From Chrysemys picta bellii (Eukaryota): a stretch of 64,000 bases of DNA. Position 1 is the first letter of the stretch, and each line of letters starts with the position of its first letter. This document shows positions 51,168 through 63,879 of this stretch, in pieces. Below the pieces are notes generated by a model, which saw nothing but the letters and a program-made list of their open reading frames with translations, did not search any database and had not been told where the DNA came from. Made by a program: the position numbers and the translations under genes. The stretch is taken from contig NC_088794.1 in NCBI RefSeq assembly GCF_011386835.1, positions 6,138,001-6,202,000 of the forward strand, read 5' to 3'.

Positions 51168-51298
51168 GTTTCAGAGTAGCAGCCGTGTTAGTCTGTATCC
51201 GCAAAAAGAAGAACAGGAGTGCTTGTGGCACCTTAGAGACTAACAAATTTATTAGAGCATAAGCTTTCGTGGACTACAGCCCACTTCTTCGGATGCAT
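51168..51298 (-). mobile_element. Short Penelope terminal fragment with a hammerhead motif (51257-51296)
   Basis: Near-identical to 5641-5768, and the 40-nt hammerhead motif is identical. Confidence 0.78.
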
Positions 51299-51771
51299 AT
51301 TTTTCATTAAAATACCTACTATTATAGATAATATTGTATATGAGATTGGCTAACACTATAAAACTTTTAGGTAGGTAGGTAGATAGATAGATAAGACAGA
51401 AGGTTGCAGAAGCCAAGCATAGGAGAATACCTAAAGGCTGTCAGGTTGAATGTGTTTCTCTAGCCATGTTGAATTCTCCTGCTGTATACAGAGCAAGTTC
51501 ATGCACAGGTTACATCATCTACCAACAGTACAGTTTCAGCATGAATATAAAACATTCTAAATACAATGTACTGTATCTATTCACTACTTTCTTATTGTGG
51601 TTACGTCACATCTCCTTTTTAATTGCACTTATAGCTGCAACAACAAACAAATTCCATGATTTAATTAATGTACGTTGCCTATGTGAGTTGAATGCATCTA
51701 TTTTCTATTAGTTAGCAAAAGGCAATTTGCATTGCTGGTTCATGAGTCTGTTTGTTTGACAGGTTTTCCTA

Positions 51772-51900
51772 ATATATTTTTGTGTTATAAGAGCCAGCTG
51801 CACAAACCTTGATGAAGTCCCCCATTTCTTCCCTGATATATTTTTGTGTTATAAGAGCCAGCTGCACAAACCTTGACAAAGTCCCCCATTTCTTCCCTGA
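51772..51900. repeat. 64-bp tandem duplication downstream of the OR at 52077
   Basis: ATATATTTTTGTGTTATAAGAGCCAGCTGCACAAACCTTGA..AGTCCCCCATTTCTTCCCTG occurs twice. Confidence 0.9.
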
Positions 51901-52076
51901 TAACTATTCCTGATGCATTTAGTGATGTAAGAACTAGGAAAATCTACCTTCCTTTATTCCTTTTCATGGAAGGTGCACACATTGATTATTCACAGAAATC
52001 AAGCTAACAATACAGAGAAATCATTCCCCGCCTTTTCTTCCCTCTATTGAATTAAAGCCAGACCCAGTTTTTACAT

Positions 52077-53012
52077 TTACAGAGAAAAAACCTTCCTCTC
52101 TCTTATCCTCCTAACGGCCTCTTTGACCTCTTTATTCCTCAGGCTATAGATCAGGGGGTTCAGCATGGGGATCACAAGGGTATAAAACACAGAGATGATT
52201 TTGTCCTGATCCATGGAAGACTTTGAACTAGGCCGTAAATACATGAAAGAGCCCGTTCCGTAGAAGATGGTGACGGCCATCAGGTGGGAGGCGCAGGTGG
52301 AGAAGGCTTTGCGTTGGTCCTTGGCAGAGTTGATCCTTAGGATAGTGACCACGATGTATATATAGGAGACGAGGATAATCAGGATGGTAGTTGTTACTAG
52401 CATTGTTGCACAGGTGAAATGAACAATGTCTGTGATGTGGGTGTCGGAGCAGGACAGCTTCACAATGGGGGGCACATCACAGAAGAAATGATTGATATAG
52501 GCATCACAGAATGACAAATGGAATATAAATGCAGTTTGAACCACTGAATTCAGACAGCTCATGAAATATGACCCCAGCACCAGCAGCACGCAGAACCGCT
52601 TGGACATGATGACGGTGTAGAGCAATGGGCTGCAGATGGCCGTGAAGCGGTCATACGCCATCACACTCAGCAGCCAGCATTCACAAGAGATGGCGATGGA
52701 GAAGAAGAAAAACTGCACAGTGCATCCAGTGACTGAAATGACCTTGCTCCTTGCTACAAAGGTCATCAGCGTGCTGGGAATTATGATGGTGGAGTAGCCG
52801 ACATCTAAGAGGGCCAGGTTGCTGATGAAAAAGTACATGGGGGTGTGAAGTCGGGAGTCAGTCCTGATTAAGGTGACCAAGGTGAGGTTCCCCATTAGGA
52901 TCAGCAAGTAGATCAACAGAAACACTACAAAGAGGGTGACCTGCAGCTTCAGGTTGTCTGTGAATCCCACCAAGATGAACTCAGTCACCAGAGTGCGATT
53001 TCTCTCTCCCAT
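52077..53012 (-). CDS. Olfactory receptor, class II, OR5-like (intact, 311 aa)
   Basis: Motifs [41 protein letters not shown] and [16 protein letters not shown]. Confidence 0.96.
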   Translation of the reverse strand: MGERNRTLVTEFILVGFTDNLKLQVTLFVVFLLIYLLILMGNLTLVTLIRTDSRLHTPMYFFISNLALLDVGYSTIIIPSTLMTFVARSKVISVTGCTVQFFFFSIAISCECWLLSVMAYDRFTAICSPLLYTVIMSKRFCVLLVLGSYFMSCLNSVVQTAFIFHLSFCDAYINHFFCDVPPIVKLSCSDTHITDIVHFTCATMLVTTTILIILVSYIYIVVTILRINSAKDQRKAFSTCASHLMAVTIFYGTGSFMYLRPSSKSSMDQDKIISVFYTLVIPMLNPLIYSLRNKEVKEAVRRIRERKVFSL

Positions 53013-53329
53013 TTATCCCAGATGCACTGTCCTCGGCAGGTGAGAAAAGTGAGGTGTACACTGAAAGAGGAGACAAAGAAGGGCTGAGTGCAACCCCCTT
53101 AGTGTAATACTGTCACTTTCAATAAAGCATAAACTGTAGTCAGTGCATAGGTCTGAAGATATTATAACTATCAAATATACCCTCTGCTTCTCTGGGTCCC
53201 TGTAGTGACTAGACCATATCGAGATTTAAGAGTCTGCTACTGGCTTCAGGCTACACAGTTGGGTCTTTGAGTTCTGGCAGCAGACGCTCATATTGTTAAA
53301 GTCAGAGCCGTAGTTCAATCCCCATTGCC

Positions 53330-53505
53330 AACAATAAGTAACAGCCAACATGGATTTGTCAAGAAGAAATCATGTCAACTCAACCTAATGTCCTTCTTTG
53401 ACAGTGTAACCAGCCTAGAAGATGAGGTGAAGCAGTAGATACGATATAGATTTTAGTAAGGCTTTTGACACAGTCGCACATAACATTTTCATAAGCAAAC
53501 TAGTA
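53330..53505 (+). mobile_element. CR1 reverse-transcriptase fragment
   Basis: Reads QHGFVKKKSCQLNLMSFFDSVTSL...DFSKAFDTV. Confidence 0.85.
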
Positions 53506-53506
53506 C

Positions 53507-54055
53507 GTCTGTCAAACAATTAACAATATAATTGTGAGATAAAAAAATAATTGCAGATTTAACAATAATAGAACACTGTTTATTTAAATATTTTTGGATG
53601 TTTTCAACAATATATTGATTCCAGTTACAATACAGAACACAAATTGTACAGTGCTCACTTTGTGTTATTGTTTTATTACAAATATTTGCACTGTAAAAAA
53701 GATAATAGTATTTTTCAATTCACCTCATACAAATACTGTACTGCAATCTCTTAATTGTGAAAGTGCAACTTACAAATGTAAAATTATTTTTACATAACTG
53801 CACTCAAAAACAAAACAGTGTAAAACTTCAGAGCCTACAAGTCCACTCAGTTCTACTTCTTGTTCAGACAATCACTAAGACAAACAAGTTTGTTTATATT
53901 TACAGGCGATAATGCTGCCCACTTCTTATTTACAATGTCACCTGAAAGTGAGAAGAGGCATTTGCATGGCACTGTTGTAGCCAGTGTTGAAAAGTATTTA
54001 CATCCAGATATGCTAAACATTTGTATGCCCCTTCATGCTTCGACCAACCTTCCAG
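53507..54055. mobile_element. hAT-derived non-autonomous DNA transposon fragment
   Basis: CTGTCAAACAATTAA... start and an interior (ACAAGTCCACTCAG, ACAATGTCACCTGAAAGTGAG) that resemble a common turtle hAT derivative, from recall. Confidence 0.6.
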
Positions 54056-55327
54056 GTTAGGTTAGTTATGAGGAGGAAACTCTCTAACTCTAAGGATAGG
54101 TAAGTATTGGAATAAGCTTCCAAGGTTATAGAAAACCCAGAATCTGAGACCATAATCCACATCAATGAGCTTTACCATTGACTAATGGGAATCTTTGCGT
54201 AACAAGCTTCTACGCAGTGTGAGAAAGGATATGACACATGGGCACTCATACATTTCTTACTACAGAGCCCATTCGCAGCTCCCCATCCCAGTGGCAGAGT
54301 TGTGTGCCTGCACAATGCACCAAACATACTTATTTCCAGATCCCTACACTGGTCTCATAGTGTGTGCCAGGTGCATGCACCAAGCATGCATCTTTTCTGC
54401 TCCCAACTATGATCCCAGACCTGTGTTCTGTGCCACGCACTGACCACACCTGGTCAGTGCACCATGCCACACACTGAACGTGCCCTGAATGTGCCTGTAG
54501 GATTGCAACTCAGCCCTTGTTGGACTTGTGCCAGGCAGATCACATTCCCATCCCCGGCTTCCAGTCCTTGTCCCAGCACTGTGTGCATGTGCCATTCATC
54601 GAGCAAGCCCATTCACGGTTCCTTAGTCTGCTCTCATTGATGTATTCTCAGCTCCCAGCTACAATCCCAGAGCTATGTACTGTACCATGCACCGAGCACG
54701 CCCGTTCTCAGCTCCTCACCCTGTCCCGTGTGCCCGTGCTATGCGTTGAGCACATTTGTTCCTCGTGGCTGGCACAGACCCGGTTCATCATATCTAGTGC
54801 TGCCAGGCAGGCGTTCAGTGAGCTTATCCCAACAGATGGGTGATTTATCCTGGCTGGGACCCTTACACTGGCCTCTCCCGTGTCATTTTCTGTGTGGCAA
54901 CTATTCCCTCCCATATCATCAAGGCTCTCCATCTCCATCCAGGCTCTGACCCAGCACTGCCCCCCAAACTGTCCCCCACCAAGACGTCGGCAGATAGCTC
55001 TATGGCATTGTGTGTGTGTGGGGGGGTGTTTGTGGAGGGCTGGACATCCTCTAAAGTGACCGTCCCGCTCATGCTTCCAAAGTTGCTTCCTTGTGGTCCC
55101 AAACACCGAGCAGAAAGACACCTTGAGAGCACTAAGGCGGACAGCACACAAAATACTGGAGTAAAGGGTGGGGACACATGGTCCTTTCATTCTAGGGACA
55201 GGACCTGGGCCCTTAAGTCACCAAGGGAGTACACTGCTTAGTGTGTGTCACTCACAAAGGGGCTGATCCCAGGACAGTCCAATGGTATATGGCATAGCAG
55301 TCAGATCCCTAGTTTTGTTCCCTACCT

Positions 55328-55684
55328 CTGTAGTTCTCAACAAGGAGTCCGGGGCCCCTGGGCGGGCCGTGAGCAGGTTTCAGGGTTTCCTCCAAGCTTG
55401 GCTGGCATTAGACTTGCTAGGGCCCAGGACAGAAGGCCAAAGCCCCACCGTACAGGATTGCAGCCCGTGGCCCCAAGCCCCACTACCCGAGGCTGAAGCC
55501 GAAGCCTGAGCAACTTAGCTTCGCGGACCCCCTGTGGTATAGGGCCCCAGGCAATTTTATCCCCTAATGCCGGCCTTGGCTTTTATAAGCAGAAACACAG
55601 TTGTTGTAGCACAGCTGGGCCCTGGAGTTTTTATAGCGTGTTGGGGGTGGGATGACTCCGAAAGAGAAAGGTTGAGAACCCCTC
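55328..55684. mobile_element. hAT-type MITE
   Basis: TIRs CTGTAGTTCTCAAC and GGTTGAGAACCCCTC. Candidate 8-bp TSD CCCTACCT / CCCTGGCT. Confidence 0.65.
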
Positions 55685-56784
55685 CCCTGGCTTCTCAGGA
55701 ATCTCTTAACCAAATTACCCCCAAATAGCACCGCCAGCTCTACTCCAAGCTGCCTTGCAGCATATCACGTTTGAAATCAATTTACCTATCTATGTCGATT
55801 TTAGTACTCTGAAAATTATAAGCAGCTAATTTTAAGAGGGGCTGCATGGCTGGATCCTCGGAACAAAATGATCCCAAATGTATCTCTCAGATCCCATCCC
55901 TGGCTTGGTTAGAACATGTCACTTTAAAGTCAATCCCCTGATGCCGACACATTTTGGAGCACCTCGAAAAATCAGCCCCTAAACCAGGAGCTTTGCTCTC
56001 AGGGCAAAAGTTCCAAAAGAAACCTCTGCGGAATGTAACTAACGTCCACACACAGGTTAAGGAAGCTGCCAGGGCCAGGACTGAAGCTCACAGTTCAAGA
56101 GTGATGCTAAGACTCGATGAGCACAGACTGTCACCTCGAGCCAGCCTTGGGATGCCCACAATGCACATGAAGCCCGGGAGTCAGCTTTGAGCCCAAGTCC
56201 CCTTCAGTCCACACTCAAAGCAGTCTGACTTGGGTTAGCAAGCACTCAGAACCGTGGGGCTGTACCTCGAGAATTCCAAGCACAAGCGACTATCCATTTG
56301 GACCTTACCCTTGGCTTCCAGGAGGCAGCGCAATTTTCAAGACATCCCAAGCAAGCACGCTGATTGTAAAGCACTTACAGAAACCAGCTGTTCAACAGTA
56401 GACAAGTCCCATCATTAAGTATACCAGAGCTACCCCTCCCCTATCGTAAGTCAGGCCCTCAACTAGAGCAAATGGGCATTGGTTTCAGAGAAGTTACAGC
56501 CATTGAGAACATGGCCTTTTTGTAACATCAACTTCCACTGCCCTTTTTTTCATACATTACTCTTACCTAAGCAATCACTTGTGTTTCCCAGATTACTTGA
56601 GGCATCAGCATGACTTTCCTCATCAGTGTTACTGTGCAAAAGGAACACAATAATAGATGGACTCTTCAGACAGTCCCTTCTCCAGGTGAATTGGCTCCAA
56701 ATCAGAACTATTTCCACTTGCAAAAAAAAAAAAATAGTCAAAAGAGAATATTTACGCCAGCTCCATCAGAACCAGAGTGATGAA

Positions 56785-56990
56785 ACCCACCGGCAGCAGG
56801 CAGATGTCTGTCATTGTTGACCCCGCCAAAAGAATTGTATTTGGAGACCGCTGGGTTTGTTTATATATTAGTTTTAGTGGCATTTGCAGATGTAATCCCT
56901 GGGTGGTCCCCAGAGGTCTGCACATCAGGCTAAGCACTGATGGGATCATTAAAATGTCTTTCAAGTCCTCTGGGGATAACTGCACATGGA
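56785..56990 (-). promoter_or_regulatory. Putative promoter and first exon of the OR at 53012
   Basis: O/E-like TCCCCAGAGGA (56966-56976), CATTTTAATGA (56946-56956), TATAAA (56860-56865) and donor CCG|GTGGGT near 56790. Confidence 0.52.
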
Positions 56991-57187
56991 CGTGTTGTCT
57001 TCAAAACTTGGGCTCACTTCATGAGCTCACTTCATTCCCTGTTCTTAGTTTCAAAGGAAATTGGCCCATTTTCCTCAGCCAGGAAGCTGAAGGATCCCTC
57101 ACCAGCAAAAGCCATCTCGTTGTAGATGCAAAGAGCAACATACTGTATCATTCTAGGTAACAAATGTTGTATCCTTCTAGGTAATAA

Positions 57188-58207
57188 ATGTGGTTCCCCA
57201 TGTTAATCCTCTTGGTAAATATACCTGATGCAGCCTCCTGGGACCCGCCTTTGGTACATGTCACACAAGATACCTGCTTCAAAGCTGGTCAGTATGTGCA
57301 ACTTCCTACAAGAGGCAGTGGCAAATGGGTAAAAAAAAGCCAGACATCTGGCTTACCTCTCGGCCGGATCACCTGGGACCTATTGTGGTTACAGCTTGCC
57401 TCCAAAAACATCCAGGCTCTGAGGTCCCAATTCGACTACCACAGCCCGGGAGCAGTCTTTGGCTCCCTCCCTGCATCTCACCGAATCTGGACTGTTACTG
57501 GGTATTTAGCTTCTTGGGATGTGGGCCCACTCATATAGGACCCCCAATTTCAGGGTACAAGACCACAGAATGTTGGGAGTGGAACCAAAGGACAGAGTGT
57601 TAATTTATGGACACTCCTCTAGAACAAACAAACCATTCTATTTCCAGGGCCTCGGATGGATCGGTCAAGATTCACAACATTTATGAGGCTGCTAATGGGT
57701 TGGGAGAGTATTGGTGTGAATGTTTGTGGGAGGATTGGGCACTTTTTATTAACCTAACAGTGTTTGTAAATGTGGGATGGACGGATGTTCCTCCTCTGCG
57801 GTGGGAACCTGGGATGGAGGGACTCTATTGTCAGGAATCCTGTGTACACCCCGTTAAACGTTTACATTGTACTGATATACGATGTTACAACCTGACCATT
57901 TGTACATACTCCTCACCTACTATCTGTCCGGCATTGAACCCTATCCCACCGGATGGCATGATTCAAGTAGGCCCCAACAAAACACTTTTGCATGATGTAG
58001 CATCGTAGGTGATATTGGAGGATTTTTTGGAAGCACCAATTTTATACTAATACGCTTAACCTAAATTCTGAGAGGTTACACAATTCTTGGGTCAAAAGCC
58101 AAACCACCCAAGCCCTTAGACATACTAACACAGGCTTATCCTATGCTCTTACTGCAATTGATGTAGCAATAGAGGATTTTTAAAAAATCATTGAAAAAAC
58201 CTGAGAC
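57188..58207 (+). pseudogene. Decayed intronless ORF: signal peptide, Ig-like domain and Cys-rich region; possibly a retroviral env (SU) relic
   Basis: ORFs 57188, 57325 and 57607 join via one slip in the A8 run (57331-57338) and an in-frame TAA (57601). Ig motifs are GSSLWLPPC...CYW...DGSVKIHNI....GLGEYWC...INLTV. Confidence 0.55.
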
Positions 58208-58214
58208 GCTAACA

Positions 58215-58330
58215 GGTCTAGTGGATTAGGAACTGGGCTGGGAGCCAGGAGACCTGGAATCTACTCCTAACTTTGACCTGCTGTATGACCTTCAGGAAAT
58301 CTATTTCCATCTCTCTGCCTTTGCTTATTT
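58215..58330 (+). mobile_element. MIR/CORE-like SINE relic
   Basis: GTCTAGTGGATTAGGAACTGGGCTGGGAGCCAGGAGACCTGG...CTGTATGACCTT. Confidence 0.55.
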
Positions 58331-59109
58331 ATATTATAAGCAATTTGGGGACTTGCCTCTAACATGTGCTGGTACAGTGCTTGGCAAAACGGGGCCACAG
58401 TCTCAGCTCTCCTGCCTGGTGCCCCCAGTCATGGAGCTGCCCCACATTGCACAGATGCATGAAATCTAAGATATCCCAGGTAACAGGAATCCCGCTCAGC
58501 TTGTTACATACAATTGTGTATGAAAGTCAGCAAAAGATGGAGACACGGAGACTGCTATGAACTGGATGGTTGGGTTAAAGGAGTAGCACTAAGGGGTCTG
58601 CAAGGCACCTGGTAAAGTCATGAGTTGGCACTGCAATGAGCTGAAAGATTCTACAAATAGGAGGAAATGTTTATAGTTGAATCCACCCAAACGTGCTTGG
58701 ATAGGTTAATGATCCAGGGATGTAGTATCCATCCCTCAATGGATGCTGTTTATCTGGGGGTAGGGTCACTACATCATAGCACGGGGACAAGTGGGTTGGA
58801 AGGCCTCCTGAGCTTTACCAGTATGGCTGCCACCTCCATCATCCTCTGGCATCCACCATGACACAACTGGGCCTTCATCGTCCTGATCCTGAAAGACGTC
58901 CTGACCAGACCAAGCCAGAGAGAAGGAACCAGATGATATCACCATCTGGCCCTGCTTCATCTAAATCCTGAATATTTGGGATAGGAGCCTTGTATTCCTG
59001 CTGTCACACCCTCCCTCATGTGACATTTTCCTTCCCCACCTTATTTATCCTCTTTCTCATGAGCATCTGTCTGATCCACCAAGTACATGCCATCTTATTA
59101 TTTTAAATA

Positions 59110-59885
59110 GAATAGACAGACACTCCAATTTAAACACACTGGACTAGGTAAAACAGTAAAACAAGTTTATTAATTACAAAGAGATAGATGTTAAGTGAGT
59201 ACAAGTAATGAGGCTGAAAAGTCACAAACTGTTATAAGAAAAATAAAGATAAAATAGTTACTAGTGCCTAACTTAATAAACTAGGTTAGATTCAAACAAA
59301 GTTTCTCACTACAGACTCCAACCTATTACTGACCAAACTCTTAGGTCTGGATCCCTCCCCGTTAGTCCAGTGGCTGTTTTCTTTTATCTTCTTAGGTGTG
59401 ATGCCAGAGATAGACAGGGAGAGAGATGATGGGAGTCTTGGGGTGTCTGCCCCTTCTTTTTATAGTCCTGCCCCCCATTGAGAAGCATTTCCAGCTAGGA
59501 GAAAGGTGACAGGCAGTCTGGTGAAGAAAGGAAACTCCATGCAGTTTCTTTGCTAAAATGTAGATTTCTATCCCTGCCCCTTTCCTTGTCAAAGAATGGC
59601 CACTTGGCAGGTAATGGTCTATCAGCCTTGTTGAGTCGGACTTGATGCCTGAAGTATCAGCTTGCCCTTTGTCTCTGAGGAAGTGGTTTAGCTACTCCCT
59701 GGACTTATCTGGGAAACATGCTTGAGTCATGATTTCATCTTATGTTCCTAACTTTACATGTAATGATGCCATGTGCATTTTGCCATGATATTCATCAGCA
59801 AGTTATGAGTTTTTAACTAATACCTCACAAGGCAAACCTTGTACAAGCATTATAACAATACCGTGTAGTGTGTGAACATGGGTCT
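59110..59885. mobile_element. LTR-like element fragment
   Basis: Segments CACACTGGACTAGGTAAAACAGTAAAACAAGTTTATTAATTACAAAGAGATAG and CCTTCTTTTATAGT resemble turtle Gypsy LTRs, from recall. The ends are unclear. Confidence 0.45.
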
Positions 59886-60932
59886 ATTCCGTTACCTGCC
59901 CCATGCATCTGAATGGGATGTTAACGGCAGGACACACTGCTTTGGGAGCCATGCCAACCCATCCCAGCAGGGAGCTGTGTGTGGCAAGAATGGAGGAATT
60001 CAGTTGGCTTGCTCTCTTCAAAAACAGATACACTCTAGCTGCTGGGGTATGTACTGGTGGGGGGGTGTCCTGCCACCACCCCTTCATCTCTAGGGGCAGA
60101 GGAAACTCCTGATGCTCCCCTAGAGAGGGACGGATGAACACAATGCTATTCCTGGGTGAGAAAATGCATTAGCCTTGCCTCTCTGGAAGGGGATGACACT
60201 TTCGTCATCACCATTCCAAGTGGAGGGTGAGTTTACGGGGAAGGGGGAAGGAACATGTCATGATCTGTCTAGGACCATAAATTGCCTTTAATTTCACCCT
60301 GATCTTTTGGGAAAAAAAAATAATAATTTGAAGTTATTTTTCAGTTTAACAAGTTTAGTGGCATAAGCAAATACCCCCTGGTCCTCAACTCACACAAGCA
60401 AAGTGATGCACTGGGGGCAAGAATTGGAAGCAGGGAGCTTTAAGAGGTTATTTTCCTTTATAATATTTACATGGGAGGAAATGGTGGTGCTGGGATATCG
60501 GCAGTTATCTCGGGGAGATGGGAGAAGGGCGGGCGGGGCTGTCTATTGACAAAAACTGGAGCTGGTCAAAAAAGGGGGAAAATGTTTCACAAAAAAAGTG
60601 TATCCCTTTTTTTCCTGTGGGAAAAAATCCACCAGCTATATTTAAACCTCAAACTGTGGCAGTTGTTCAGCCGCCTTCCCTGATATTTCAAATACCGATG
60701 CCTCCATTCCAGCAAAGATCTGTGTATTTGTGGGGGGAAAGGTGCTGAGCTGTCTGTGTGTCATGTTGATTAAAAGGCTAGAAGTCAGGAACTCCTCCAT
60801 TGCCACTGACTGGCCATAATAACACTTTGCACTTATACATATACAGAGATGAAAAAAATAGGAGAGAAAAAGTATTGTTATGCGGGTATCATCAGGTGGT
60901 GCTGTAGTACCTGGTCTCCGTTCTTTTTTTCA

Positions 60933-61231
60933 GGGTCTGTCTACACTAAAGCTGGTAGGTGTAATTTCCATCTCAGGTAGACATACCCCTTCTAGCTCTG
61001 ATCGAACTAGCATGCTAAAAATAGAAGTGTAGCCTAGACAGCATGAGGGCTTATGCCCGATTACATGCCGAGGGTTTCAAATGAGATCATTCTCGGGGCG
61101 GCTAACCCGTCCTGCCCTTCGCACCACCGTGGCTACGCTTCTGTTTTTAGCATGCTAGCTTGATCAGAGCTAGAAGGGGTATGTCTACCCTAGCTGAAAA
61201 TTACACCTCCAGTGCCAGTGTAAACATCCTC
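60933..61231. mobile_element. Harbinger-type palindromic MITE
   Basis: GGGTCTGTCTACACT...AGTGTAAACATCC ends, and long inner arms GGTAGACATACCCCTTCTAGCTCTGATC..CTAGCATGCTAAAAA with their reverse complement. Confidence 0.8.
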
Positions 61232-61779
61232 TTAGTGTGCAAGCAAGTTTTGACTCGAGGGGAACATGCGGTGTTGTTATCATCTTTGGGTAAAGTAAGG
61301 CTTTGGTTGTAGATGCAGCTTTGGGGGGAATGGGAGTTGTGTGAGTGGCAGGAGAGTTTGGTCTCTGATTAAAGTCAATTTTTGAGGCAGAGTTGCTCCC
61401 TGGGTATCAGTGTTGGGATGAGATTCCTGGAATAAGAGATGGCCCTGCATGTTGTTTGACCATCTCATTTCAGGACTGGTAGAGATGTGTGAATAAAGCA
61501 AGTTACACTCAGAATACAGCCAGACTCTGCGTCATAGATTTAACTGCTGCCGGGAATTTGACTTGCAAGGCCCCAGACATTGACAGAGGGGCAGTGCTGG
61601 TTTCAGAATAAGAGGCAACAATATTCTTTTACTGTCCATTATTTATACTGACCCACAGGTGCTCTTGATGCCCCGACAAAGAGAAAGACGAGGTCACTGC
61701 CTTGAAGACCATACCATGGGCAACAGTGACATCATGCAGAAGTCATTGATATATTAGAAGTACCGAAATTTGCAACTTT

Positions 61780-62736
61780 TCACATTTTTGGAGAAAGAAA
61801 TGTGTGGGTAGTTAATTTCCTTAGGGCTGATTTAACTTCCCTGTTTCTCAGACTATAAACCACAGGGTTCAACATAGGACTAAACAAGGTATAAGACAAG
61901 GCAATCAAAGTGTCCTCATCTAGGGAAGCAGTTGATTTGGGTATTAAATACACAAAAAAAGCACAGCTGAAGTGTGTGATCACAACGATGAGATGGGAGG
62001 CGCAGGTGGAGAAGGTCTTGTGCCTGCCTGTGGCAGAGTGGATCTTCAGGATGGCGGCGAGGATATAGATGTAAGAGAGGATGATTCCTGTGAAGGTGCC
62101 TAGCAAAACAAAGGCACACAGAAAAACAATGGCAATCCCAATGATATGATGGTCACTGCACGCCAGCCTCAGAACGGGCGAGATGTCACAGAAGAAATGT
62201 CTGATGGCATTGGGCCCACAGAAGGGCAAACTGAATATAAGGGAACTGATGCCTAGTGCTATAAGAAAGCCAGTTGCACATGAAACGGCGACCAGCTCAA
62301 CGCAAACCCTCCTGTTTATCACAACTGGGTATTGCAGCGGCTTACATATGGCCACATAGCGATCGTAAGCCATGGCGGACAGCAGGAAACAATTTGTGCC
62401 CCCGAAGCCAAAGAAGCAGAACATTTGAGCAGCGCATCCCAGGAAAGAAATTGTTTGGTTTCCCGACAGCAAACTCACCAGCAGCTTGGGGACGACAGCC
62501 ATAGTGGTGCAGGTTTCCGAGAAGGACAAAGCGAAGAGTAAGAAGTACATGGGGGTATGGAGGCTCCGATCAACACTGATGGCTGCCATGATGGTGATGT
62601 TGGAGGTCAGGATTATCACGTACACCGGGGAGAACACCAGGAAAAGCAGAACCTGCCGCTCTTCCAGACTGGAGAATCCCAGCAGCAGAAATAGAGACAC
62701 GGTGCTCTCATTTCCTCTGGGCATCATCAAAAGCAT
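61780..62736 (-). CDS. Olfactory receptor, class II, OR10-like (intact, 318 aa; the start may be the MPRGNES Met at 62727)
   Basis: Motifs [48 protein letters not shown] and PMLNPVVYSLRNREVK. Confidence 0.95.
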   Translation of the reverse strand: MLLMMPRGNESTVSLFLLLGFSSLEERQVLLFLVFSPVYVIILTSNITIMAAISVDRSLHTPMYFLLFALSFSETCTTMAVVPKLLVSLLSGNQTISFLGCAAQMFCFFGFGGTNCFLLSAMAYDRYVAICKPLQYPVVINRRVCVELVAVSCATGFLIALGISSLIFSLPFCGPNAIRHFFCDISPVLRLACSDHHIIGIAIVFLCAFVLLGTFTGIILSYIYILAAILKIHSATGRHKTFSTCASHLIVVITHFSCAFFVYLIPKSTASLDEDTLIALSYTLFSPMLNPVVYSLRNREVKSALRKLTTHTFLSPKM

Positions 62737-63124
62737 CTAAACTCAAGGGGGAAAAGGAGGCAAAAAATCTTAGGAGCTATACAACACCATCAGAGTTGCT
62801 TCCTTAGCTCCAACACAGCCTCAGACATGATCAAATGATTGGTGTGAAGGAACTAAAACAAGCCCAAGACTACTGATTTGTTTCTATTGTATTTTATAGT
62901 CATGTATTCATTGCTCAGATATTGAAGTGGTGAGAGCCCACTTAAGGAGCTGGGTAGATTGACTGATTTATTGATTGATTTATAAAAGTTACGGTAGTAA
63001 CATTAGCTTTGGCTGCAATATGCTCTGGTTCTGGGAAGGTGTTACAGTATGGACAATGACAATGTAAGTTTATCCCAACCAATTTCCTCAGCTTGACTCC
63101 ACTTTGTTTCAGAAGGATCACTTC

Positions 63125-63350
63125 TAAAGAATGTAAGAACGGCCATACAGGGTCAGAACAAAGGTCCCTCTAGCCCAGTATCCTCTCTTCCGACAGTGGC
63201 CAATGCCAGGTACCCCTGAGGGAATGAACAGAATGGGTAATCATCAAGTGATCCATTCCCTGTCGTTCATTCCCAGCCTCTGGCAAACAGAGGCTAGGGA
63301 CACCATCCCTGCCCATCCTGGCTAATAGCCATTGATGGATCTATCCTCCA
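63125..63350 (-). mobile_element. CR1 LINE 3' end
   Basis: TAAGAATGTAAGAACGGCCATACAGGGTCAGAACAAAGGTCCCTCTAGCCCAG is the typical reverse-oriented turtle CR1 terminus. Confidence 0.8.
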
Positions 63351-63879
63351 AGAGGGATCAAGACTTCATGGACTATTTATTATTATGACAGTTATTTAGG
63401 TAGCATCCAGGAACCTTACCATAAACCAGAATCTATTGTGCTAGATGCTGTACAAAAACAGAACAAAAAAAACCCAGTTCCTGCCCCCAAAAGCTTACAA
63501 TTTAAGTACAAGACAATAGACAATAGGTGGGTGCAGACTGATGGATGGAGGAGTACAAGGAAGCAACGAGATGATAGGCAGTGGCTGTAGCACACCATCT
63601 GCCTAGCTACGGTCAATGTTTTTATAGTTATCCGAGAAGAGGAGAGTTTTATTTAGTCCTTTTATTGTCTGTTGCAAGTTCCCAAAGAAGGGTAATGTAT
63701 GCCACTCATAAGGGGTGTTATTAATACCAAAAGATATGCCCCAGGAATTATTTTGGGAAGTTCTCTAGCCTGTGATATACAGGAGATCAGTCTAGATGAT
63801 CACAATTGTCCCTTCTGGCCTTAGACTCTATGAATCTCTGCGGGGAAAAAATGATGTTGGCACGTGTCTATTAGCAACT

